This document shows, one piece after another, positions 27,528 through 36,362 of a DNA stretch of 64,000 nt (position 1 is the first letter of the stretch; every line of letters starts with the position of its first letter). Location of the stretch: positions 3,964 to 67,963 of IMG/VR virus record IMGVR_UViG_3300028888_000127. One strand, 5' to 3'. The stretch comes from a virus (lineage: Duplodnaviria > Caudoviricetes). Below the pieces are notes generated by a model. The model saw nothing but the letters and a program-made list of their open reading frames with translations. It was not told the origin of the DNA and ran no database searches. Both the position numbers and the translations under genes were made by a program.

Positions 27528-29174
27528 CCATATATACCTGATTAAGCCACAGTCGTATATCTTTTCGTACCCAAGTTGCTTCGTCATTTCTGATTCTGTC
27601 ATTGATAACGGTAATCCATATTTATGGTTTAGCAGTTTTTTTCTAAAGCCAAACTTATGCTGCCTTTTGATTCCATCGGAAGGGCTGAAGTATTTGTAAT
27701 CCGGCTCTGTATATCCGTCAAATACAAACCCAAGTTTTGTATAGACATTTGATTCTTCGTTTATTGTCCATCTTCTGTCTGCAAAGGATTTAATAACGTC
27801 AGGGCCGTATTCCCTTACGAAATATTTGAAAAGTTTACCACCAACACCTTGGCAAATGTAATTGTAATCACTTGCAAATCTAACCAATTCCCATCTATTG
27901 CTTTCTTTTGTTTCTTTTTTGAATGACATTACTGCTATTAGCAAATCGTTAAAAAATGCCCCAATGCTAATCGTAGAAGGACCATATCCTTGTATATGGT
28001 ATTTGTTAAGGAAACTTTTAGCCAAACCATTGTCAATTTCCTTTATTTCACATTTTCTTCCCATTATCTTTGGAAGGTTTTCGCTAACACCAACCAAATG
28101 CTTTATCTTGTTTAGCACAATATCCTTGCTGTTTACGTATTCGTCTTCGAAAATCTGGATTAGTTTTACCCCCTTTTCTTTACAAGCATTTAGTTTTTTT
28201 AAATGGTTGCTTTTTTCTATGTTTGAATGCCAAAAAAGGCCATTATATTCAATCCCAATTTTTAATGACGGAACATAAATATCTATTTCTTTTGGAGGAA
28301 TTAGTTTTCTTTCGCTTTGTATTACATTTTCTTTTCCAATTAATGATGTAATATAATCAAAAATTTCAGATTCTGCTTTTGATATATGATGAACACACTT
28401 TGGGCATCCGTTTCCGTCAAGATGCCTCCATGGAGCTTGCCAAAATTCGCCGTGTTTTGGGCATATTATGCAAACTTTGTTTTTTCCCGTAACATATTCA
28501 GTTTTTGAATAATCATATTTGTTATTATGTATTTTGTTTGATTTTTCAATGAAATCTTCAGTTGTTAATCTTTTTGACAAACCAAGTTCTTCATGGGCAC
28601 ATTTTTTACAAGATGAACCTTTAAGATGCAAATATGGCAATTGATAAAATTCTCCATGTTTAGGGCAAATTATACAAACTTTTGTAAGCATATCAATGTA
28701 TTCTGTTTTTGAATAGTCATATTTACAATTATGAACTTTATTTGCCTCTTGTACAAAAGTTTCCGTTGTGTATTTTTTATTCTTATGGATTGATTTCGAA
28801 CATATAGGACAACCTTTTCCTTTTAAATGGTTATGTGGGTCTTGAAAAAATTCGCCGTGTTCTGGGCATATTATACAAACTTTTGTGTGGCTATTAACAT
28901 ATTCAACTTTTGAGTAGTCATATCTATCCCCATGTATTTGCTTTGCTTTTTCAATGAACGAGTTATTAGAGCTCTTCATTGTTTTTGAACAGAATGGGCA
29001 TCCTTGTCCAATTAAATGTTTATCTGGCCTTTGAGAAAATTTTCCATGTTTTTTACAAATTATTGTTATGTTAGTTTTATTGTTTGTATAAGATACTTTT
29101 GAATAGTCATATCTATCTCCATGTATCTGTTTTGCTTTTTCTATAAAAGTTTTTGTTGTATTTTTTTTACTCAT
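27513..29174 (-). CDS. Hef-like homing endonuclease (4 Zn repeats, nuclease, Mom-like GNAT)
   Basis: EIDIYVPSLKIGIEYNGLFWHS...QIFEDE; WELVRFAS...KSFADRRW...YTKLGF. Confidence 0.85.
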   Translation of the reverse strand: MSKKNTTKTFIEKAKQIHGDRYDYSKVSYTNNKTNITIICKKHGKFSQRPDKHLIGQGCPFCSKTMKSSNNSFIEKAKQIHGDRYDYSKVEYVNSHTKVCIICPEHGEFFQDPHNHLKGKGCPICSKSIHKNKKYTTETFVQEANKVHNCKYDYSKTEYIDMLTKVCIICPKHGEFYQLPYLHLKGSSCKKCAHEELGLSKRLTTEDFIEKSNKIHNNKYDYSKTEYVTGKNKVCIICPKHGEFWQAPWRHLDGNGCPKCVHHISKAESEIFDYITSLIGKENVIQSERKLIPPKEIDIYVPSLKIGIEYNGLFWHSNIEKSNHLKKLNACKEKGVKLIQIFEDEYVNSKDIVLNKIKHLVGVSENLPKIMGRKCEIKEIDNGLAKSFLNKYHIQGYGPSTISIGAFFNDLLIAVMSFKKETKESNRWELVRFASDYNYICQGVGGKLFKYFVREYGPDVIKSFADRRWTINEESNVYTKLGFVFDGYTEPDYKYFSPSDGIKRQHKFGFRKKLLNHKYGLPLSMTESEMTKQLGYEKIYDCGLIRYIWKKAD

Positions 29175-29356
29175 TAAGTTTTTGTTTATTATATATTATA
29201 TAAATAAATATTCAAAAAGTCAAAAAAAATAGGACCATAATGTGTCTTTTATTTTTTTTTAAAAAATAGGCCATAAAAGGTCTGTTAATATGAACAAAAT
29301 AAAAAAAGCAGCAAAAAATGCTGCTTTAAAATAATTTGTAATTTGTTGACTATTAA

Positions 29357-29851
29357 TTAATAGCACAATATACAATAATCAGGTCTCAATGTTGCGGAAA
29401 TTGTTGCCAATCCATCTTCTGAATAATTAAGGTCGCCAAATTCAACATTCGTGAGGAATACGCCTTTAAGTATCCACTTCTGAACAACAGCGCCTGTTGG
29501 GTCTAACATCTCAAGTTCCACATCGCGTTTATAACCAGCAGCATAGCCTTGTCTACCAGTTATACTTTCAGAACCAAGTCTAACCCATTCCATAATTGCT
29601 TGTGTTGTTGAAGGACCAATTGCATCACGGAATGTCAATTGCATTTCTTGCCAAGTGTATCTACCCAATACCCATGTTGATGTGTTAAGGAATTGGATTT
29701 CAGTTGCATTTTGGTTTATTGAAGGACGTTTTCCTGATTCTACAGTCCATTCTTGTATGCCTAAGTCAGCTGGAAAACGGAATATAAACCTATTTTTCCT
29801 TAGTGGCTCATAGACGTTAGGCATTTTTAAAAGTAAATCACTCATTATCAA
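29357..29851 (-). CDS. tail tube protein (gp19-like)
   Basis: YEPLRKNRF...RPS....EIQFLN...GRYTWQEMQLTFRD..MEW..LEMLDPTGAVVQKWILKG...FGDLNYS. Confidence 0.85.
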   Translation of the reverse strand: MIMSDLLLKMPNVYEPLRKNRFIFRFPADLGIQEWTVESGKRPSINQNATEIQFLNTSTWVLGRYTWQEMQLTFRDAIGPSTTQAIMEWVRLGSESITGRQGYAAGYKRDVELEMLDPTGAVVQKWILKGVFLTNVEFGDLNYSEDGLATISATLRPDYCILCY

Positions 29852-29885
29852 TTAATTAATTAATTTTATTATTTTTTACATTAGT

Positions 29886-30284
29886 TTATATTCTTTGGCC
29901 ACCACCGTTTATTTGCTGTGGATTGCCTTGCATATTGCCTTGATTTGGGCTACTAAAAGCAGTTTGCTGTTCTGGCTTTTTGTCACAGATTTGCCAAATT
30001 TTCTTTAAAAGTTGGTATCTTTCATCATCTGGGTTATCTGCTAATTGAGCCATGCCCCTAAGTGATTTTTTCCTAATATCGTCAACAAATTGCATTACAT
30101 CCATTCCTTTTTCTTCAGGTTCATCCTGAGTTTCAGGTTCATCAGTCAATTCATCACCCATAAGTTCTTCATCTTCTTCATATGGTTGTTCCCCAAAATT
30201 TATTGCTTCATTGATTGATTTTGGCATTTTTGAGGAAACTTTTTTCATTTGTTGAATATTTTCTTTAATTGTTTTCTTTTTCAT
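29886..30284 (-). CDS. hypothetical protein (acidic), upstream of the tube gene
   Basis: Late motif at 30306-30315; co-oriented with the tube gene. Confidence 0.75.
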   Translation of the reverse strand: MKKKTIKENIQQMKKVSSKMPKSINEAINFGEQPYEEDEELMGDELTDEPETQDEPEEKGMDVMQFVDDIRKKSLRGMAQLADNPDDERYQLLKKIWQICDKKPEQQTAFSSPNQGNMQGNPQQINGGGQRI

Positions 30285-30332
30285 GACAATATTAATATTT
30301 TCATTTATAAATAGTCTAATTTTAAAAAATTA

Positions 30333-30361
30333 TTGACTAACATATTAGTATAATGTATATT
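30333..30361 (+). promoter_or_regulatory. sigma70-like promoter
   Basis: TTGACT-N17-TATATT, 14 nt before the ATG at 30376. Confidence 0.5.
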
Positions 30362-30375
30362 TAATAAAAAAAATA

Positions 30376-30723
30376 ATGGGTGTAGTGTATTTGCTTGGAG
30401 ATAGAGGAAAAGAAGGTGAGTATAAAATTGGGGTTACAACAGGTAAAATAGAAAGCAGAATAAAAAAACTTCAAACAGGAAATTCAGGGGAAATATATCT
30501 GATAAACAGTTATAATACGGACCATCCGTTTATTATGGAAAAAATGCTTCATACCAAGTATTTTGCAGATAGGTCACTTGGTGAATGGTTTAAATTACCT
30601 TTTGATGAAGTTGTTAAGTTTTCAGACACTTGTGAAAAAATGCAAAAGGCAATAGATGCGCTTAAAGAAAATTATTTTTTCAAAAAAAAGTATAATAAGA
30701 ACAATATTTTAGACTATGGATAA
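30376..30723 (+). CDS. GIY-YIG superfamily (T5orf172/MUG113-like) protein
   Basis: VYLL...YKIGVT..IESRIKKLQTGN...MEKMLH...GEWF. Confidence 0.85.
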   Translation: MGVVYLLGDRGKEGEYKIGVTTGKIESRIKKLQTGNSGEIYLINSYNTDHPFIMEKMLHTKYFADRSLGEWFKLPFDEVVKFSDTCEKMQKAIDALKENYFFKKKYNKNNILDYG

Positions 30724-31216
30724 TCACGGAGTTATTGGCGTTCCTAAAGACTTAATGGGTATGGATTCATATAATAGATTTCAAAATGAGTTTTATGGAT
30801 ATCCTGAACGGAACGATTATAATAAATATGAAAAACTTAAAATTAAATCAGCAATTAAAGGAAAAGAATATCACAGAATATCTTCTTCTTTATGGGTTGC
30901 TGAATGTATGGACATTCCTTCAGAATTGATAAAAAGTGTTGAGTTTGTATCTGAATATAAATTGGCGATTACATTTTATGAATCTGAAGAATTTTGCGTT
31001 GAAAAATATTTTCAGACAAATTTTGATATTATAAAAGATAAAAATTTTATTATTAAATATTTAAATAAAGAAGGGTATGCTATAAGAACGGATTCTTATA
31101 CTATTTCTAAATTGTGTAGTATTGATAAAAAGCCGTTAACTAATGAAATCGAAGATATAAAAGTGAAGATAACATTGGAGTGTAAAAATCATGACATCTC
31201 AACCTGTAAGGAGTAA
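30716..31216 (+). CDS. hypothetical protein, possibly a divergent tube-like fold
   Basis: IPSELIKSV...ITFYE...IKYLNKEG pattern is weakly similar to tube proteins. Confidence 0.4.
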   Translation: MDNHGVIGVPKDLMGMDSYNRFQNEFYGYPERNDYNKYEKLKIKSAIKGKEYHRISSSLWVAECMDIPSELIKSVEFVSEYKLAITFYESEEFCVEKYFQTNFDIIKDKNFIIKYLNKEGYAIRTDSYTISKLCSIDKKPLTNEIEDIKVKITLECKNHDISTCKE

Positions 31217-31697
31217 TATAGTACAGCCAAAGAAAAAGACGAAGGTAAAGCCAACTAAAAGAGAAGTTATAAGAAAGGCTGTTGAACGGAGCAAGAAAAA
31301 ACACCCAGAATATGGAACTTCAAAACTTGAGGAAAAATTTGCCAAAGAGTTTTTGGATAAACTTGGTGTAAAGTATCAATATCAGTATTTAGCAGAAGAC
31401 ATAAAAAGATATTATGATTTTTATTTACCTGAACAAAGGGTTCTCATAGAAATTGATGGGGATTTTTTCCACGGGTATGGAAAACTTTATGAACAAATGT
31501 CACCAATGCAGAAAAAGAACAACAGGGTTGACGAAATAAAGAACAAATGGGCAGCTTTACATTCGATTCCGTTATTAAGATTTTGGGAACATGACATAAA
31601 CAAGAATCCACAAAAAGTAATGGAAGAATTAAAAAGTTGGATAAATATATATACGGAAAAGATGATAACTGACGAAAATAAAAAGAAAAGACATTAA
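31191..31697 (+). CDS. DUF559/Vsr-like endonuclease domain protein
   Basis: YYDFYLP..VLIEIDGDFFHG...DEIKN...LLRFWEHDI. Confidence 0.8.
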   Translation: MTSQPVRSNIVQPKKKTKVKPTKREVIRKAVERSKKKHPEYGTSKLEEKFAKEFLDKLGVKYQYQYLAEDIKRYYDFYLPEQRVLIEIDGDFFHGYGKLYEQMSPMQKKNNRVDEIKNKWAALHSIPLLRFWEHDINKNPQKVMEELKSWINIYTEKMITDENKKKRH

Positions 31698-31701
31698 CAA
31701 T

Positions 31702-32994
31702 ATGGCAGAAGAAACTGGTTACACAAAAGAAAAAATTTTAAAGCAGTTGAAGAATTCTTTTGAAATGTATGAAAACACAAAGAAGTCAACGGAAAAAAGA
31801 ATGAAAGAGGCTCTTACAAAAGAGGGAACAAAGAAGTATACACAAAGCGACATTGACAAAGAACTTGAATTAATCAATGAAGCACAAGATGATGTTATTA
31901 GGCAATATGTTGAATGTGGAGGAAATGAAGAAGATTTGAAGAAAGCAGGTAGAAAGAAATCATCAAAGAAATCTAATGAGCAACCAACAATTGTTGATAT
32001 GATGAACAAGATGGATGAAGACAGAAAAAAGGAACTTGAAAAGGCAGTTAGTGCAACAGCAACAAAGTTAGAACAAGAATATATTCCTCCAAAGGGAAAT
32101 TATAATCCTGAGGCCGCATTTGACGTTATTCCTTTACCATCAAAGGGCGAAGGGTATAAAGATAAAATTGCAAAGGCATCAGTCGCATACCTTACTGCAT
32201 ATGACGAAAACATGATTGTATCTCCAAACCTTTATAGGGATAATCTTATTTTGGATTACATTCTACAAGAAAAACTTTTGAGCCAAGAAATTGAGCCAAT
32301 GGATTTGCTTGAGGGTGACAGGGAAGCAATCATTCTTTTCTTGAGAGCAAGCGGATATGGAAATGAATATCCTATTAGTGCAACAGATGACGTAACAGGA
32401 AAAGAATTTGAGACAATTGTTGACCTTTCAAAATTAAAATATAAAGAGTTTAATTTAAAGGGTGATGCAAATGGATGGTTTGATTTTGAACTTCCATATA
32501 GTAAAAAGATTGTAAAATTTAGATTCCCAACACATAGAGACATTGTTTTACTTGACAAGATGCAAAAGGCAGAAGACCCTAAATTAAGAATGGAAACAAT
32601 TAAAAACTATGTTGACACTCTTGATACGTTTATTGAGGCAGATAACGATGTTAATAAGGAAGAAAAGGTTAACATTCGTAAATCAATTAGAGCAATTGAG
32701 AAATGGGCTGATGGAATGGACGAAGAAGAAGCAATAAAATTCAACCATTCATTAACTAACAGAATGAAATTGCTTATTATGGCTGTTGATGGAATTACAG
32801 ATAAGAGTTATATTTCTGATTTTATTATGAAGATGAATGTAAGGGATTCTTCTGCATTGAGGAAATATATGCAAAAGAATGAGCCTGGTGTTGATTATAA
32901 CATTGAAGTTCAAAGACCTGAGAGTCTTGGAGGTGGCTCATTTACTACCTTTCTGCAACTTGACCAATTTCTATTTCTTAATATCCCCGAATGA
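31702..32994 (+). CDS. baseplate hub/tail assembly chaperone (gp26-like)
   Basis: FDVIPLPSKG..Y...YLTAYDE..L...LLEGDREAI..FLRASGYG.EY...DSSALRKYM...EPG. Confidence 0.75.
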   Translation: MAEETGYTKEKILKQLKNSFEMYENTKKSTEKRMKEALTKEGTKKYTQSDIDKELELINEAQDDVIRQYVECGGNEEDLKKAGRKKSSKKSNEQPTIVDMMNKMDEDRKKELEKAVSATATKLEQEYIPPKGNYNPEAAFDVIPLPSKGEGYKDKIAKASVAYLTAYDENMIVSPNLYRDNLILDYILQEKLLSQEIEPMDLLEGDREAIILFLRASGYGNEYPISATDDVTGKEFETIVDLSKLKYKEFNLKGDANGWFDFELPYSKKIVKFRFPTHRDIVLLDKMQKAEDPKLRMETIKNYVDTLDTFIEADNDVNKEEKVNIRKSIRAIEKWADGMDEEEAIKFNHSLTNRMKLLIMAVDGITDKSYISDFIMKMNVRDSSALRKYMQKNEPGVDYNIEVQRPESLGGGSFTTFLQLDQFLFLNIPE

Positions 32995-33046
32995 GTACTC
33001 TAAAAACCTTCTTGAAGAAGAATGGGGGTGCTTTAAGCATATAGGA

Positions 33047-33235
33047 ATGTCTTGGGATATGATAATGCGATTGCCTATACAAGACAGGCGTTCTTTAATA
33101 AGAAAGCATAACATTGAACAAGAGGCTGAAAACAAAGCAATTGAAGGGTCAAATAACGGAGATATTAGAACATATGAAGGCGAGGCAATTAATTCATTTG
33201 CTAAACTCGAACAAGACCAAAACAAAAAGCGGTAA
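33047..33235 (+). CDS. second tail/hub assembly chaperone segment (gp51/gpT-like); coding probably begins upstream via frameshift
   Basis: EYSKNLLEEEWGCFKHIG-MSWDMIMRLPIQDRRSLI lies in the +1 frame overlapping the end of the previous gene and directly precedes the tape measure gene. Confidence 0.6.
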   Translation: MSWDMIMRLPIQDRRSLIRKHNIEQEAENKAIEGSNNGDIRTYEGEAINSFAKLEQDQNKKR

Positions 33236-33251
33236 ATGCCGCTTTTTTTTT
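33224..33251 (+). terminator. intrinsic terminator
   Basis: AAAAAGCGG-TAAATG-CCGCTTTTTTTTT. Confidence 0.8.
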
Positions 33252-33301
33252 GTTTTTAGAAATTAATTTACACCTATTTATATTTGAAATATTATATTGT
33301 A

Positions 33302-36300
33302 ATGACATATACATTAGATGACATATATTCTCAACTAAATGAAATAAAGTTAATGATGGCTGAAAATAACAGCAATGGATGGGAAGACAAAAAAGCGGAA
33401 GGCTTGTATGCTTCGGCCATAGGAAAAGGCGCAAATGCGGGCGGAAGCCGTATTGTAAACCTTATTAACAACATTAATGCGGCGCTTGGATACACAAAAA
33501 CAAATTTAAGAGGAATTTATGACCATATTCAGCACATGGTAGAACCATGGGCTAAAGCCGATGAAGCTGCATCTAAATATGCAAAGACTATTGCAATGAC
33601 AGCAGAAGGAATGAGGAAACTCACGAAAACTTCCATTGAAAATGTCGTTAGCCAAAAAATCGGTATTCATTATAACGTTTCAACAGATGAACTTCTTAAA
33701 ATTCAGAACGATTATGCTAAAGCTGTTGGGCGTGGTATTAGGGTAGATGATACACAACAAGAAAGCCTTGCAGCAATGCATGCTGTAATGAATGGCAAGG
33801 AAATTGAACTTGCAGCAGCATTTGAGAATTTTGGAGTAAGCCTTAATGGGGTTGCTGACCATGCAGGAAAAATGTTTGCAGATGCTTCAAAAAATGGACT
33901 TTCATTTGAAAAATATTCTGATAATGTTGCTAAAAACATAAAGATAGCACAGAATTATACTTTTAAGAATGGTCTTAAAGGTCTTGAAAGCATGGCTAAA
34001 AAAGCAACTGCAATTAAACTTGATATGGGGCAAGTTGCAAGTTTTGCCGAAAAGGTAAGTACAATTGAGGGCGCAATAGATGTTGCTTCAAAGTTACAAG
34101 TTTTGGGCGGCTCATTTGCTGGAATCGCAGACCCATTGGGAATGCTTAATGAGGGCCTTATGGATATGGAAGGGCTTACAGATAGAGTCATAAAGATGAT
34201 TGGCGGAATGGGTGCTTTTAATAAGCAAACCGGCGAGGTAGAAGTTTCTGCATTTAACAAACAGCGTATTAAGGCTGCTGCTCAAGCAATGGGAATGGAT
34301 TATTCTCAATTGATGGAGAGTGTTAATGCAGGCGCAAAACGAGAAGAAATTACAAGACAAATTAGTGCATCTGCCAATGCAACAGGCCTTGATGATAAAA
34401 TGAAGGAATTACTTAAAAACTCTGCAACTTTTGAAAATGGAAAGGCCGGTGTTTCAATTAATGGGAAATTCAAGACTTTAGATGATTTAACAAATGAAGA
34501 TTACAAAGATTTAGTAAAAGAAACACAAGACCAAGCTGCCGATATTAAAGATATTGCAAAAGACCTTAGAAGTATTAAAGATATGGAACAAGGTACAAAA
34601 AAACAATATGAAGCCATGAAAGCAAGAATGGCAAAAAGATGGGGGCTTGGCTCACTTGTTAAAGGTGTTGTTGGCTTTGTTGGTGCGTGGAATCTTCTTT
34701 TATGGGTTGTTGCTCATGGAAGTTGGATAAAGAGTATTTTGGGAATGGTAGGAAACGGAGCCAACCTAATAGGTGGATGGAAAAACATATTCTCAGGAAA
34801 AAGATGGCATGGTGATAAGAGTATATTTGCTAATAGAATTGGAGCAAGCGGTATATTTAGCAAACTTGGAGGAAAGTTTGGTGGTATATTTAGCAAACTT
34901 GTGGGAAAGTTTGGAGGTATTATTGGAAAATTAGGAAGTATAGTTGGAAAATTTGGAGGAATAAGCGGAAAATTTGCAAATAAAATAGGCACAAAATTAA
35001 TTTCACAATTATTTTCAAAAACAGGTGGAAAAGTTTTAACAACGGCAGCAGGTAAGACATTTACTGTTGCTGCAAATGGTGTTATGAGGAATGCAAGTGG
35101 CAAAGTGATATCTGGTGCTGCAAGACAAAAAGTTTTACAATCAGCTTCAAAACTTGCATCAACGACAGAAAAATCAGCAAAATTTGCATCAGCGTTAAAT
35201 ATATCAAAAAATATAAGAAAAACAAAACAGGCAGTAAAACTTATTAAAGCTGGTAAAGCCGGAAAAGTTATTGCAAGTGGCGTTAAAACTGTTGGAAAAA
35301 AAGTTCCAATTGTAGGTGGATTGATAGCCGGTGGGATAGAAGCATTTGAAAACAAAGATAAATTTAAAGATAGGGCAACAAGAGGGGAAGCGGTAGGAAA
35401 AACAGCAGGTGCTGCTGTTGGTGCTGCCGCAGGAGCCGCTGCTTTGGCATGGATACCTGTTGTCGGACCTTTGGTTGGAGGTGTCGTTGGTGAGTTTTTA
35501 GGTAAACACATAGGAGGATTTATAGGAAAAATACAAGGAAATAGAGTAAAAAAGAATAGGGATATTGTTGATAAACAATTGTCAAAGTATGGAATTGAAA
35601 GAAAGGGCGATTACAGTGTACGTGAATTAAAAAAAATAGACGAAGCGTTGCAGACTGGTAAATTGTCGAACAAAATGAGGAAGAAACTGATTAAAGATGG
35701 TGATGCTGATATTGTTGAAAAAATAGAAGAAATTGGCAGCAAGAAAAAACAAGAAAGAACTGACAGAAAATCGTCAAAGAGCACAATTGCGAAATCAATT
35801 AAGGATGGAATGTTCAAAGTAGGCGTTGCATATATTAATGCCGAAAAAATCGGTGGAAATGGTATATTAGGAAAAGGCATTAACCCGAAACTAGGATTTG
35901 GTATCACAAATAAAGCATCTCATTTTGGAGGTATTGGTGAAAATTTTGGCTTGCAAAGAATAAAGGGTAAACCAAAAACTGGTATATCAAATATAAAAGG
36001 ACTTCCTGAAGAAGGGTTTAGTAGTGAATTGGCAGGGCTAAAGAAATCTGCTGAACGTTTTGAACAAAAGAAAGGTAATGGGATAAATCAACAACAATCT
36101 GAAAGCCAAAATTCATTGAATGGCGGAAAGATTGACCTTAATATAAGTGGCACTATTAAACTAGAGGGTGCTAATGGAAAACAAGTTGATATAACAAAAG
36201 ATTTGTTGAAGGACAGTAATTTCATACGTGAGATAACTAAACTTATCACTCAAAGAATTGGCGAAAATCAAGTTGGTTCTAACCGTCAAGACAATAATAA

Positions 36301-36319
36301 TATGGCAAGAACAATTTAA
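33302..36319 (+). CDS. tape measure protein
   Basis: About 1000 aa, Ala/Gly/Lys-rich and helical, with 11-aa repeats and a Gly-zipper segment. It follows the chaperone pair. An ATG start at 33302 is preferred over the TTG at 33284. Confidence 0.75.
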   Translation: MTYTLDDIYSQLNEIKLMMAENNSNGWEDKKAEGLYASAIGKGANAGGSRIVNLINNINAALGYTKTNLRGIYDHIQHMVEPWAKADEAASKYAKTIAMTAEGMRKLTKTSIENVVSQKIGIHYNVSTDELLKIQNDYAKAVGRGIRVDDTQQESLAAMHAVMNGKEIELAAAFENFGVSLNGVADHAGKMFADASKNGLSFEKYSDNVAKNIKIAQNYTFKNGLKGLESMAKKATAIKLDMGQVASFAEKVSTIEGAIDVASKLQVLGGSFAGIADPLGMLNEGLMDMEGLTDRVIKMIGGMGAFNKQTGEVEVSAFNKQRIKAAAQAMGMDYSQLMESVNAGAKREEITRQISASANATGLDDKMKELLKNSATFENGKAGVSINGKFKTLDDLTNEDYKDLVKETQDQAADIKDIAKDLRSIKDMEQGTKKQYEAMKARMAKRWGLGSLVKGVVGFVGAWNLLLWVVAHGSWIKSILGMVGNGANLIGGWKNIFSGKRWHGDKSIFANRIGASGIFSKLGGKFGGIFSKLVGKFGGIIGKLGSIVGKFGGISGKFANKIGTKLISQLFSKTGGKVLTTAAGKTFTVAANGVMRNASGKVISGAARQKVLQSASKLASTTEKSAKFASALNISKNIRKTKQAVKLIKAGKAGKVIASGVKTVGKKVPIVGGLIAGGIEAFENKDKFKDRATRGEAVGKTAGAAVGAAAGAAALAWIPVVGPLVGGVVGEFLGKHIGGFIGKIQGNRVKKNRDIVDKQLSKYGIERKGDYSVRELKKIDEALQTGKLSNKMRKKLIKDGDADIVEKIEEIGSKKKQERTDRKSSKSTIAKSIKDGMFKVGVAYINAEKIGGNGILGKGINPKLGFGITNKASHFGGIGENFGLQRIKGKPKTGISNIKGLPEEGFSSELAGLKKSAERFEQKKGNGINQQQSESQNSLNGGKIDLNISGTIKLEGANGKQVDITKDLLKDSNFIREITKLITQRIGENQVGSNRQDNNNMARTI
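34850..34980 (+). repeat. 33-bp (11-aa) tandem repeats in the tape measure gene
   Basis: GGTATATTTAGCAAACTTGGAGGAAAGTTTGGT followed by GGTATATTTAGCAAACTTGTGGGAAAGTTTGGA, then degenerate copies (GIFSKLGGKFG). Confidence 0.8.
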
Positions 36320-36362
36320 TTATTGATATTTTAAAGAATAAAATTAAATTATAATAATACAT

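Noticed and set aside
29220-29330. Degenerate repeats AAAAAATAGG(A)CCATAA and three hairpins between the tube gene and the endonuclease
   Set aside because: Best explained as stacked terminators; too short and AT-rich to support more.
32879-32983. ATG start at 32879 for the second chaperone ORF
   Set aside because: It overlaps the conserved end of the upstream gene by more than 100 nt and encodes implausible sequence.
34714-35907. Long antisense ORFs (265 aa, 98 aa) opposite the tape measure gene
   Set aside because: A by-product of Gly/Ala-rich repeat codons lacking antisense stops; no promoter or motifs.
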